From: Roseibacillus sp.
GTDB taxonomy: Bacteria > Verrucomicrobiota > Verrucomicrobiia > Verrucomicrobiales > Akkermansiaceae
Assembly: GCA_965242925.1 (NCBI GenBank)
Contig: CBDEUM010000038.1
Coordinates: 192,001-256,000, forward strand
DNA: 64,000 nucleotides
Direction of reading: 5' to 3'
Shown here piece after piece: positions 50,659 to 60,160 of the stretch (position 1 is the stretch's first letter; each line of letters starts with the position of its first letter). The notes beneath the pieces are model-generated. The model saw only the letters and a program-made list of their open reading frames with translations. It had not been told where the DNA came from and ran no database searches. Position numbers and translations under genes: made by a program.

Positions 50659-50931
50659 ATGGACGTTACCAACAAGAGTAAGAAACCCCTTCTCGTACCG
50701 CTCCCGGGTGGTAAACGCCTTTTCCTGCAGCCTGGCAAGACCGGTCAGGTCACTCCCAAGGCGCTCGAGCATCCGCCCGTGGCGAAATTGCTGGAATCCG
50801 GGGATCTGGAGTCTGCACAGGGGGCTCACGGCCCCAGTGCCCGAGCGGGAGGCAAGGTCAGCGGTTCCGCTGGTGGCTCCTCTACCCCCAAGGGGGGATC
50901 AGGAGCGTCCCGTCAGTCGGGAGACCGATAG
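50659..50931 (+). CDS. Small hypothetical protein (90 aa) with Gly/Ser-rich tail
   Basis: MDVTNKSKKPLLVPLPGGKRLFLQPGKTGQV...; fills the gap between two minus-strand genes. Confidence 0.6.
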   Translation: MDVTNKSKKPLLVPLPGGKRLFLQPGKTGQVTPKALEHPPVAKLLESGDLESAQGAHGPSARAGGKVSGSAGGSSTPKGGSGASRQSGDR

Positions 50932-50935
50932 GCGG

Positions 50936-52123
50936 TTAGCGCAGGAGGTGAGGCCGCCAGATATCGCGGCCGCGGTCCTTGACCAGCTTGGCGAAGATTT
51001 CGCGGTCACTCAGGTCCTCGTCAATGAAGGCACGAATCTCGGCGGCCACTTCCTTCGGTCGCCCGCAGCCTTTCACGTTGCAGCTGGCCTGGATGTAGAA
51101 CATGCCGGTGCACCGGTCCCCGGGGATGCCGCAGCTGCAGTAAATTGTCTGCAGAAACCATTGCACGCGCTCCTCCTTGTCCTGCAGGCGATCGAGGTCG
51201 GTCGGTTCGTGGGAGGCCTGGACTTCCCCGGGAGGCTCAGGAACCTTCAGATTGACGCGTTGTCCCGGTTTCAAGCCGAGGAGGTGGAGTCCACTGGCGG
51301 GCACAAGGTGCACGCGGGTGCGTTCACGCCAGGGGGAGACTGATTTGACGACGGCCTTGACGGGGTCCTTGATGGCGAGACGGACTTCGTCTCCCTTCTT
51401 CAGGTAACGGCCCCAACGGATGGCCTCGTGATCGAGGGTCACTTCCATCTCGCCGCCGAGAGGGTGGAGTCCACTGATGGACCCGGGGAGCCCTTCCTCG
51501 CGCCAGCGGTCCCGGAGCCAGTTCTGCTGGCGGGATCTCAGGGTTTCGAACTCTTCGGGGTCATGCCCTGCGCGGAGGGTGTTCCCGGACGATTGGGCGA
51601 AGAGACTTGAGGATGCTTTCCGGGGTCCCTGGTAAGTGTCCGCGAAGTGCAAGGTGCGCTCAGGCACCTTCTTGGGGTCCTCGCCCGGCACGTGGAGGAC
51701 AGCTTTGTCCCCGTCTACGGATTTTATCACCAACGGTTCGTCGTGGATGTCCTGCTCGGACATTTCGTCGGCAATCATGAGGACCGAGTGGGGATTTTTC
51801 TTCCGGTCGACCATGAGCCAGATCCAGACCCGGTTGTCCTCGTGAAGTTGTTCCAGTCGGCCCCACCAGCCATGGATCTTGATCTCCGCGTCGGGGAGCA
51901 CGGGCCACGAGGAAGCTTCCTTCTCGCCCTCGAAGTGCAGATGGACGGTGGACCCGTCCTCGTCGCACCGGATGTAACGGGCGAATTTCTTGACCACGTG
52001 ACGCAGGACATCGGCCTTCCCCGCGATGACCTTCTTCGCGTTCTCCTCCTTTTCGCCGAAGAGGGGGAGGCCGGGAATCAGGAGCGCGACACAGGTAATA
52101 ACTGGAAGGAGAGAGACCCTCAT
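50936..52123 (-). CDS. Exported hypothetical protein with Cys-rich CcmH-like C-terminal domain
   Basis: Signal peptide; YCSCGIPGDRCTG...ASCNVKGCG...EIRAFIDEDLSDREIFAKLVKDRG. Confidence 0.7.
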   Translation of the reverse strand: MRVSLLPVITCVALLIPGLPLFGEKEENAKKVIAGKADVLRHVVKKFARYIRCDEDGSTVHLHFEGEKEASSWPVLPDAEIKIHGWWGRLEQLHEDNRVWIWLMVDRKKNPHSVLMIADEMSEQDIHDEPLVIKSVDGDKAVLHVPGEDPKKVPERTLHFADTYQGPRKASSSLFAQSSGNTLRAGHDPEEFETLRSRQQNWLRDRWREEGLPGSISGLHPLGGEMEVTLDHEAIRWGRYLKKGDEVRLAIKDPVKAVVKSVSPWRERTRVHLVPASGLHLLGLKPGQRVNLKVPEPPGEVQASHEPTDLDRLQDKEERVQWFLQTIYCSCGIPGDRCTGMFYIQASCNVKGCGRPKEVAAEIRAFIDEDLSDREIFAKLVKDRGRDIWRPHLLR

Positions 52124-52159
52124 GGCAGGGGAGTCACTCTAGAATCGTCCAGGCGGGGA

Positions 52160-53689
52160 TCAAGAGGCATTCCCCGCTGAATGCCTTATTGGGATCGGAG
52201 GTTTCCTGCGTCGTGCGCGGGCGGGTGGTGCCGCGAGGGCAAAGTCGATCCGTTGCCGGGCACTGTCAACCTTCGCGACCTTGACTTGGACGCGGTCTCC
52301 AACGCGGATGAGTCGGCGGGATCGGCGGCCGCGGATCTGCCGTCGGGCTGAATCGAAATCGTAACGGTCATCCTTGAGCAGGTTGCGGGGGACGAGACCG
52401 CCCATGCCCAATTCCTCGATGTCCACGAAGAAGCCGTAGGGGACTATTCCCGTGACGAGGGCGGTGAAGGTCTTTGCCTTGCCCTGCCGCAACTGATTCC
52501 TGAGGTAGTCACATAGCTTGGAGCGCTTGCTGTCCCGTTCGGCCTCGCTGGAGGCCCGTTCGGTGGCCGAGAGATGCTCGGCAACGCGGCGCAGATCGCC
52601 GGGGCTGCTGCCACTCTTCTGGAAGAGGGACCGGTGGACAAGTAAATCGGCATAGCGCCGGATGGGGGAGGTGAAGTGGGCGTAGTTTTCCTTGGCGAGT
52701 CCGTAGTGGCCCAGCGACCGGGTGGCATAGCGGGCGCGGGGGAGGGTCCGGAGAAAGCCGATCCTGAGGGCGGGTCCGATGCTGGATTTATCCAGTCGCC
52801 CCAGGAGTTTCCGGACTTCCTCAGGTTTGCAGAGATCGCCACAGGGGATCCGGAGGAGGCGGACTTCCGCACGAAACTCCCGGAGACGATCAGGATCGGG
52901 TTGCTCATGCACCCGGTGAATGCCGGGTCTGCGCAGTTGAAGGAGCCGGGTGGCGACGGCTTCGTTAGCGAGGAGCATGAACTCCTCGATGAGTTGATGG
53001 GACTGGTCGTGCTGGACCTGCTCAATATCAATGACCCGGCCCCGTCGATCGAGACGGAGGCAGGTTTCCGGGGAAGAGAATTCCAGTGAGCCAGCCCGGA
53101 GGCGGCGGGCGCGAAGTTTCTGGGCGAGGTGATCGGCCTGCTGGATCATGCGTTCAAGGCCGTTGGTGGCCTTGCCCCCGATAACGCACATGGCGTCTTC
53201 ATAGGTGAAGCGGTGGCGGGAGCGGATGACGGCGGACGAGAATCTGGTCCGGAGGATCTGTCCGTCATCCGAGAGAAGAAACTCCACGCATTTTGTCAGG
53301 CGTTCGACACCGGGCAGAAGGGAGCAGAGGTTGTTGCTGAGGGACTCGGGCAGCATCGGGATGACGCGGTCGGGCAGATAGGTCGAATTGCCGCGCAGAC
53401 GGGCCTCCCGGTCGAGAGAGGATCCGGGCTTCACGTAGTGTGAGACGTCCGCAATATGGATGCGCAGTTCCCAGGGGCCCCTGCGGGTCCGGCGCAGCGA
53501 GAAGGCGTCGTCGAAGTCGCGGGCAGAGGCGGGGTCGATGGTGATGACCGGGTGTTGGCGGCAATCGGTGCGATTGGCGATTTCCCGGGGTTGAACGTTG
53601 GTTCCGAGGCGTTTTGCTTCGAGGAGGACCTTCCGAGGAAAGACCTCACGGAGGGAGGATCCCGACTTTGGACGGGATATTGATTTCAT
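52160..53689 (-). CDS. RNase R/RNase II family 3'-5' exoribonuclease (RNB + S1, no N-terminal cold-shock domains)
   Basis: ITIDPASARDFDDAFS, HIADVSHYV, RGNSTYLPDRVIPMLPE, LIEEFMLLANE, HYGLA...YAHFTSPIRRYADL; C-terminal S1 domain. Confidence 0.92.
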   Translation of the reverse strand: MKSISRPKSGSSLREVFPRKVLLEAKRLGTNVQPREIANRTDCRQHPVITIDPASARDFDDAFSLRRTRRGPWELRIHIADVSHYVKPGSSLDREARLRGNSTYLPDRVIPMLPESLSNNLCSLLPGVERLTKCVEFLLSDDGQILRTRFSSAVIRSRHRFTYEDAMCVIGGKATNGLERMIQQADHLAQKLRARRLRAGSLEFSSPETCLRLDRRGRVIDIEQVQHDQSHQLIEEFMLLANEAVATRLLQLRRPGIHRVHEQPDPDRLREFRAEVRLLRIPCGDLCKPEEVRKLLGRLDKSSIGPALRIGFLRTLPRARYATRSLGHYGLAKENYAHFTSPIRRYADLLVHRSLFQKSGSSPGDLRRVAEHLSATERASSEAERDSKRSKLCDYLRNQLRQGKAKTFTALVTGIVPYGFFVDIEELGMGGLVPRNLLKDDRYDFDSARRQIRGRRSRRLIRVGDRVQVKVAKVDSARQRIDFALAAPPARARRRKPPIPIRHSAGNAS

Positions 53690-53714
53690 GGTACGTGTAA
53701 TTGTGGATTGGTGC

Positions 53715-53825
53715 TTGCGCGTCGGGCGGACAGGGCGTTCGCGGAGAGACGCGCAAAATGCTGCCGGCGGGTAGGCTCGGCGCGTGACCCGAGAGGGGGT
53801 CACCCAAGACTTCCGGTAGGGAAGT
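53715..53825 (-). ncRNA. Candidate structured 5' leader of the RNase R-like gene
   Basis: Stems ACTTCC/GGAAGT, CTTGG-GTGACCC/GGGTCAC-CCGAG and TTGCGCGTC/GACGCGCAA between the sulfatase stop and the start codon. Confidence 0.4.
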
Positions 53826-53889
53826 TCCGCCCCGAAGGTGACAGCGGTTCTCGGGAATGCAAGTGGAAAGGAGGAGCGTCAGCGGCGGG

Positions 53890-55446
53890 TCATCTACCCT
53901 TGATCACTCGACCGCTCTTCTTGTGTTTCCATGTGAATTTCTCGTGATCGAAGACGAAGGCTTTCTTGGGATCGGCGGGAGAGGCGGGAGCAGGGGGGAT
54001 CCATTGCCTGGCTCCCCTGATTGCGCTCGTGTGTCCGGGATCCCGTGCGAGGTTTGTCCTCTCTTCGGGGTCGTTGTGGTGATCGTAGACTTCCCATTGT
54101 CCGGTCGTGTAGCGAATGACGCGGTAGCGCGTGGTGCGGACTGCGACATGTCCCGATTCCTCAATCGTGAGGGCAGGACGCTCGCGTGCCTTGTCAGGTT
54201 CGACGAGCCAGGGGACGAGGCTGATGCCGTCAAGTTTGCCCGCCCGGGGCAGGCCGCAGAGTTCGATAAGGGTCGGAAAGATGTCGACCAGACTGACGGG
54301 TTGGGTGCAGCGCTGTCCGGCCATCCCGAACCCGGGTGCGACGATGATGAAGGGAACGCGCGTGGATTCCTCCCATAGCGTGCGCTTGTGCCAGTGTCCT
54401 TTTTCGCCGAGGTGCCATCCGTGATCGGACCAGAGGACGACGATGGTGTCCCGGGCCGCAGGGCTTTTATCCAAGGCGTTGAGGACGCGGCCCACGAGGG
54501 CATCAGCGAAGGAGATGCTCGCGAGATAGTGTCGGACGGCGATCCTCCACTTGCCGGTTTGGCGGAGTCGCGCGAGGTCATCCGATTTGCGTCGAGCGAG
54601 CTTGCGGCCAGCTTCAGGAACGTCGTTCAGGTCGTCAGGGAGGTCTTCCGGCACGACGACGCGATCGAGGGGATAGAGATCGAGGTACTTTTGCGGAATA
54701 TACCAGGGAAGGTGAGGGTGGAAGATGCCACAGGCGAGGAAGAACGGTTTGTCGTGTCCGCGTTGGGGGAGGTTCTTGAGGTAATTGACTGCGTAGTCGG
54801 CGACCAGGACATCATCGTAGGCGTCCTCGGGTTGGGGCAGGATGCCCCAGTCCGCCTCTTCGGAATAGAGTTTGATGCCGGAGTAAGGGAACTCGCCGGG
54901 ACGGGGTTTTGCGGAAGTCCACGGATACAGACGGGAACCGTGTCGAATCCAGCCGTTATCATTGAAGAGGTTGCGCTGGAATTGATCCCACTGGCCGGGC
55001 GGATTGTTACCGGCGGTATGATGGTAGATTTTTCCGGCGCCCACGGTGTGGTAGCCATTTTCGCGAAAGTGGACAGGGATGGTGCGAAGCTCCGGGAGGT
55101 TGGGTTTCCACCAGTGCTGATTGTTGTAGATGCCGGTGGAGGTGGGGAGCAGTCCGCTCATCACGGAAGCCCGGCTGGGACAGCACACCGGAGCGGTGCA
55201 ATGGGCATTGGTGAAAGCGGTGCCGCGGGCAGCCAGGCGATCGAGATTGGGGGTGTGCACCTTGCCGGGGTATCCGCCAAGGAATCCGACCCAGTCGTTG
55301 AGATCGTCGAGGGCGAGGAAGAGAACATTCTTCTGCGGGGCGGCGCCGGCAGACGAGACCGGGAGGTAACCCGGGAGGAGGATGGAGAAGGCGAGCAGGA
55401 GGCGTAACACTCTTTTTATTCCAGCAGGAGAACAGGAATTCGGCAA
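53890..55446 (-). CDS. Sulfatase (iduronate-2-sulfatase/choline-sulfatase-like)
   Basis: NVLFLALDDLNDW, CCPSR, GKIYH, PHLPW, WSDHGWHLGEKGHWHK. Start uncertain. Confidence 0.93.
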   Translation of the reverse strand: MPNSCSPAGIKRVLRLLLAFSILLPGYLPVSSAGAAPQKNVLFLALDDLNDWVGFLGGYPGKVHTPNLDRLAARGTAFTNAHCTAPVCCPSRASVMSGLLPTSTGIYNNQHWWKPNLPELRTIPVHFRENGYHTVGAGKIYHHTAGNNPPGQWDQFQRNLFNDNGWIRHGSRLYPWTSAKPRPGEFPYSGIKLYSEEADWGILPQPEDAYDDVLVADYAVNYLKNLPQRGHDKPFFLACGIFHPHLPWYIPQKYLDLYPLDRVVVPEDLPDDLNDVPEAGRKLARRKSDDLARLRQTGKWRIAVRHYLASISFADALVGRVLNALDKSPAARDTIVVLWSDHGWHLGEKGHWHKRTLWEESTRVPFIIVAPGFGMAGQRCTQPVSLVDIFPTLIELCGLPRAGKLDGISLVPWLVEPDKARERPALTIEESGHVAVRTTRYRVIRYTTGQWEVYDHHNDPEERTNLARDPGHTSAIRGARQWIPPAPASPADPKKAFVFDHEKFTWKHKKSGRVIKGR

Positions 55447-55506
55447 GATTTGCCTCTGCTCTGGTGATTGACTCCGGGCCTGATTTTCCGATGCTGGATG
55501 TGCCCC

Positions 55507-58500
55507 GTGAAACGTCTGCTAGTTATTGGTGCGCCCCTGGTGCTCGCTTCTGCCACCTCGGTCGAGGCGCAATTCAGTTTCACCGAGCAAGGAGACCTTC
55601 TGAGTGAGGTGTCCCTCAGCGGAGCGCCCATGGCAGTGGTTGATATGAATGGCGATGGCCGGGACGACCTGATCCGCCTCCATGAAACCGATCGACTTCT
55701 GATTGACTACCAGGAAGGGCCCGGCGAGCCATTTTCGTCCTACGTTTATGGAGAGATTCCCCGTGGTTCGATCTGGGCGGTGTGTGCGGCGGACGTTGAT
55801 CGCAATGGATTCAACGATCTCTTCCTTGGTCCTTCCTCGGGAGGAGCCTTTCTGCTGAAGGCCGATGCGGTCGGGACGTCCTATGCCCTGGTAGGGCTGC
55901 CCGATCGCGACATCTTCGTGCAGGGTTCCATCTTTGCGGATTTCAACAATGACGGGAATGTCGACATTTTCGCCTGTGACGACAATGACGACAACCATCG
56001 CTATCGCAATGATGGCACCGGGGAATTCCTGCTGGAACCGGGGCTGGTTGGCGACTCTCTGTCATCCAGTGTCTCAAGTGGAAACTACGCCGCGATCCAG
56101 ATCGATTACGACAACGATGGGCACGGCGACATGTATCTCTCCAAGTGCCGGCTCGGAGTGGCTGACTCGACCGATCGACGGCGCATAAATCGCCTCTTCC
56201 GCAACGATGGAACCAACAGCTACTCTGATGAGGGGTCGGCTGCCGGATTGGACGATGGGGAGCAGTCATGGTGTGCGGATTTCGCGGACATCGATAATGA
56301 CGGGGATCTCGATTGTTTCGTTCTCAACCACGGTCCGGGGGCGTCGAAGTTGTTCGAGAATGACGGATCGGGTTCCTTCACGGATATCAGCGCGAGCGCC
56401 GGGCTGGCAGGTATCAATTACTTCGGAATCCAGGCGCTCTTCCGGGACTTTGACAATGATGCGTTTGTCGATCTCCTGGTGACTGCCTCGAACCTGGGAG
56501 GTTCAGAAGCAACCTATCGCCTCTACCGTAACAATGGAGACAGATCGTTCACCCGTGCATCCAATGTCCTGCAAACCGGGGGAGAGACACCGATATCTTA
56601 TCTGCATTCGTGTGCTCTGGGTGATTTCAACCACGACGGGTTCGTGGATATTTTCGGCGGACGCGGGACGCTTTACAACGAACCCTCGGATGATCAACGG
56701 GACCTCGTGTTTCTGAACGATGGGAACGCCAATCATTTCCTTGGGGTTCAGCTTCGTGGACGGCTCTCCAATGCAAATGGGATCGGTGCCCGGATTGAAT
56801 TACATGGAAGCTGGGGTGTGCAGCTGCGCGAAGTGCGGGCGGGGGAAGGTTATGGGATCCAGAACTCGCTCACGAAGATCTTCGGACTGGGCAGCACCAC
56901 CGAGATAAGAAAACTGGTCGTGAGGTGGCCTTCAGGGATCAGGGAAGAGATCCCCGCGCCGGCAGCGGACCAGTTCATCCAGTTGGTGGAGGGCGATACG
57001 TGGGAGAGCGGTGACTTCAGTCAGCCTCTCATCGTGAGCCCGCTCGCGACCAGCATGATTGTTGATGAACCTTTGCGTTACCGGGTGGCGACGAGCAACC
57101 TGAGTCTTTCCTTTTCCATCGGAGATGGTCCCCCGGGGATGATGGTCGATGCCAAGAGCGGGGTGTTGAGCTGGACGCCGAGGGCAGAGGGAGTGGAGGA
57201 GGTGGAGATCAGGGCCAGTAATCCGGCCGGGGTAACAAGTGAGAGGCTCGCCATCACGGTGGTGCCGGCACCGCCACCTCCCGATTTCGCTTCAGCGATC
57301 AACAACAGTAACCTGATCTTCGCGACCTCGGAGACACCCTGGATTGTGCAGGAACAGGAGAGCCGCGAGGATGGTCAGGCCTTGCAGAGCGGAGCGATCA
57401 ATGATGATGAGCACTCCTGGGTGGAGACCACGGTGGAGGGCCCCGGTGACCTGCAGTTCTGGTGGAAAGTGTCCTCGGAGGAGGACTACGATCAACTGGT
57501 CTTCCAGGTGGACGGCATTCCGGTGGAGGAAATCAGCGGAGAGACAGGCTGGCGAATGGTGTCGTATGAGGTGCCGGAAGGGACGCGTCGACTGAGCTGG
57601 TCCTACGAGAAGGATGGTTCGCTGTCCAATCACGACGATGTGGGGTATCTCGACGAGATCTCTTGGATGGCCACTGACAGCGATGGGGATGGACTGCCGG
57701 ACGATTGGGAACGGGCTCATTTTGGCGACCTGTCCGCCGGGGTCGGCGATGACCCGGATGGTGACCTGAGCGGTAACGGGGAGGAATGGACAGCGGCTAC
57801 GGATCCCAACGATCCCACCTCGATGCTCCGAATCCTGCGGGTTACGAGGGAGGTGACCGGCGTCAATGAGGTGGTTTTTCAGAGTGTGGCCGGCAAAAGG
57901 TATGTCATTGAATCCTCCGCCACGTTACGGAACTTCCAGAGTGTCACGGAGGAGATTGCCGCGGGAGGGGACACCACCACGGCCACTGTGCTTCTCCATG
58001 CTCCCGGTTCGGCCCGGGAAATCATCTACGTGGCCTCCAATGCGGAAGGCAGGGCCCTTGTGCCGGTTCGTAGTCTGGATGGACTGTGGCGGGGAGGGAA
58101 TGAAGCGGAATTTGCGGCAGCAGGCGGGGAGATCGACTGGGATGCTGTTACCCAGGGGATCGGCTATGATCAGAACCAGACAACCTATGATCAGTTCATC
58201 GGAAGTGACCTGCAGACGGCAATGTATCGCAATCACCCGACTGCCTACCTGCGTCTTCCGTTCAATGTAGACAATCCGTTGCAGATCATCAGCCTGAAGC
58301 TGGAAGTGCGTTACGACGACGGCTTTGCTGCCTGGGTGAATGGCGTTCCGGTAGCGAGAGACAATGTTCCGGGAGGGGAACTCAGCTGGAATTCTTTGGC
58401 GCCCTCCAGTCGCCCGGACAGTCAGGCCGTCAGTTTCAACGTGTTTGACCTGGGAGCGTATGCAGACACTCTCCGGAAGGGACGAAACATCCTCGCGCTG

Positions 58501-58620
58501 CAGGGGCTCAACCGGGCTTCTACCAATCGTGACTTTCTCCTGCAGGCCAGATTAAGTGGCGAGGAGGGAGAACTGCTCATGCCGCCCGGTCATTACTTTC
58601 GCGTCCGGGTGGTCGAGTAG
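55507..58620 (+). CDS. Multidomain secreted FG-GAP + ASPIC/UnbV + Ig-like + beta-sandwich protein
   Basis: DMNGDGRDD/DFNNDG/DIDNDGDLD repeats, SNANGIGARI...GEGYG...FGLG, PPGMMVD...SGVLSWTP Ig-like, DSDGDGLPDDWE, ends HYFRVRVVE. Confidence 0.85.
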   Translation: MKRLLVIGAPLVLASATSVEAQFSFTEQGDLLSEVSLSGAPMAVVDMNGDGRDDLIRLHETDRLLIDYQEGPGEPFSSYVYGEIPRGSIWAVCAADVDRNGFNDLFLGPSSGGAFLLKADAVGTSYALVGLPDRDIFVQGSIFADFNNDGNVDIFACDDNDDNHRYRNDGTGEFLLEPGLVGDSLSSSVSSGNYAAIQIDYDNDGHGDMYLSKCRLGVADSTDRRRINRLFRNDGTNSYSDEGSAAGLDDGEQSWCADFADIDNDGDLDCFVLNHGPGASKLFENDGSGSFTDISASAGLAGINYFGIQALFRDFDNDAFVDLLVTASNLGGSEATYRLYRNNGDRSFTRASNVLQTGGETPISYLHSCALGDFNHDGFVDIFGGRGTLYNEPSDDQRDLVFLNDGNANHFLGVQLRGRLSNANGIGARIELHGSWGVQLREVRAGEGYGIQNSLTKIFGLGSTTEIRKLVVRWPSGIREEIPAPAADQFIQLVEGDTWESGDFSQPLIVSPLATSMIVDEPLRYRVATSNLSLSFSIGDGPPGMMVDAKSGVLSWTPRAEGVEEVEIRASNPAGVTSERLAITVVPAPPPPDFASAINNSNLIFATSETPWIVQEQESREDGQALQSGAINDDEHSWVETTVEGPGDLQFWWKVSSEEDYDQLVFQVDGIPVEEISGETGWRMVSYEVPEGTRRLSWSYEKDGSLSNHDDVGYLDEISWMATDSDGDGLPDDWERAHFGDLSAGVGDDPDGDLSGNGEEWTAATDPNDPTSMLRILRVTREVTGVNEVVFQSVAGKRYVIESSATLRNFQSVTEEIAAGGDTTTATVLLHAPGSAREIIYVASNAEGRALVPVRSLDGLWRGGNEAEFAAAGGEIDWDAVTQGIGYDQNQTTYDQFIGSDLQTAMYRNHPTAYLRLPFNVDNPLQIISLKLEVRYDDGFAAWVNGVPVARDNVPGGELSWNSLAPSSRPDSQAVSFNVFDLGAYADTLRKGRNILALQGLNRASTNRDFLLQARLSGEEGELLMPPGHYFRVRVVE

Positions 58621-59294
58621 TTGCGGAATGGTATCCAGAGGAGGAGGAAGAGGAATGCTCCGATCAGGATCATCCAGAGGATCCTGATCGGATAGGGGCC
58701 GAGGAGATCGACGGGCGTAGGTGCACCGGGAACGTTGTTGCCCAGAAAACCGTAGTTCCAGCCTGTGAAGGCGTCGATGATGGAAAGAAGAATTACGTAG
58801 GTGAGGGTGAAGAGTGAGCTGTGAAGGAGGTCCCGGAAGGAAGGGCGGAAGTGTTCGGAGCGGCAAATGTGGACCAGTGCGAAGATGATGAAACCGTGAT
58901 AAATCCAGAAGATCCAGAATCCCCAGTTTCCGGGCCCCTCTCCCAGGGTGGGCGTCAGGAAGGCCCACAGGTAGAGGCAGGCCCAGAAGTAGATGATTCC
59001 CTGGAAGAGACGGATGCCCTTGAGGATTGCGAGAGCACCGAAGACGTTGGCCGCGTTACAGAAATGAAGGGGCAGGCTTTTCGCCAGATCAAAGCGTTCG
59101 GGTAGCATCCAGTAGCCCGTGTTGAGGATCCAGGCGACGACGCAGCCCCAGCCCACGAATAGTCGGAGAAGGCGTTGATGGGATTCGGGGGACTCGCGCC
59201 GGATGGCGAGCGCCAGCAGCGCCGCGGCCACCGCGATGACCGCCAGAGTGACGAGATGGGTGGTGTTTCCAGTCTGGAAGTTGGCAAGGATCAT
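58593..59294 (-). CDS. YwaF/TIGR02206 family integral membrane protein
   Basis: SLPLHFCN, AFLTP, FWIYH, NYGFL...LLGPYP; multiple TM helices. Confidence 0.8.
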   Translation of the reverse strand: MILANFQTGNTTHLVTLAVIAVAAALLALAIRRESPESHQRLLRLFVGWGCVVAWILNTGYWMLPERFDLAKSLPLHFCNAANVFGALAILKGIRLFQGIIYFWACLYLWAFLTPTLGEGPGNWGFWIFWIYHGFIIFALVHICRSEHFRPSFRDLLHSSLFTLTYVILLSIIDAFTGWNYGFLGNNVPGAPTPVDLLGPYPIRILWMILIGAFLFLLLWIPFRNYSTTRTRK

Positions 59295-59446
59295 GAGGAG
59301 AGGAGAGGGCCTGAGCGGGACCGTCGAGGAAGATCGGTTTGTTCCCGTGTTGCCATCTAGTTGAGGAATTGTAGGGCAGCAGAGGGAAGAGGATTGGCAA
59401 CAGGAGGAATGATCATGCGGAGGCAGGCATGGAAGGAGCGGGGATT

Positions 59447-60160
59447 TCAATCACGGGTCGCCGCTCTTTTGATGGCGGCCCGTGCGAGAAGCCGGGTGGA
59501 GTCGAGGGTGGGCAGAGGGGAGACTTGGTCGTTGAGGATGAGAGGAAGTTCGGTGCAGCCCAGCACAACGGCGTCGCACTGATGTTCGTCATGGAGTCGT
59601 TCGATGACGTTGAGGAGGGTAGAGCGATCCTCTCTGGTAACCCGGTTGAAGACGAGGTGATCAAAGATGAGGGTGTTGATGGATGAGCGCTCGTCAGCGT
59701 TGGGCGTGATCGTCTTGATGCCGAGAGGGGCCAGTTTGGCTGGATAGACCGGTCCCTCCATGAGATATCTGGTGCCGAGGATGGCTAGGCGTTGGAACCC
59801 ACGGGTGTGAGCCTCCCGGGCGACTACCTCGGCAATATGGAGCCACGGGAGGATTGCTTCCAGGCTGGCGTGCTCCATGGCTTCGTGCACGGTGTTGTCG
59901 GGACAGATGGCGAAGTCCGCTCCGAGGGTGCCGAGTTTGGAGCAGGAGTCGGTCAGGAGGTTCGCGATGGCGGGCCAGTTTCCCTCTTTGAGGAGGCGGC
60001 AGTACTCACCGAAGCTGAAGGAGTGGAGGACGATCTCCGGGTGATGGTGGGAGCCGAGCAACTCTCCGCATTCCGCAGTAATCGTTTCGTAACAGAGAGC
60101 CGCTCCGGGTCCGCTGCAGGCCACGATCCCGATGGTCTGAGCCTTTCTCCAGTCTTGCAT
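59447..60160 (-). CDS. Aspartate/glutamate racemase family protein
   Basis: IGIVACSGPGAALCY, ICPDNTVH, LGTRYLM, VVLGCTELPL, DSTRLLA. Confidence 0.88.
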   Translation of the reverse strand: MQDWRKAQTIGIVACSGPGAALCYETITAECGELLGSHHHPEIVLHSFSFGEYCRLLKEGNWPAIANLLTDSCSKLGTLGADFAICPDNTVHEAMEHASLEAILPWLHIAEVVAREAHTRGFQRLAILGTRYLMEGPVYPAKLAPLGIKTITPNADERSSINTLIFDHLVFNRVTREDRSTLLNVIERLHDEHQCDAVVLGCTELPLILNDQVSPLPTLDSTRLLARAAIKRAATRD

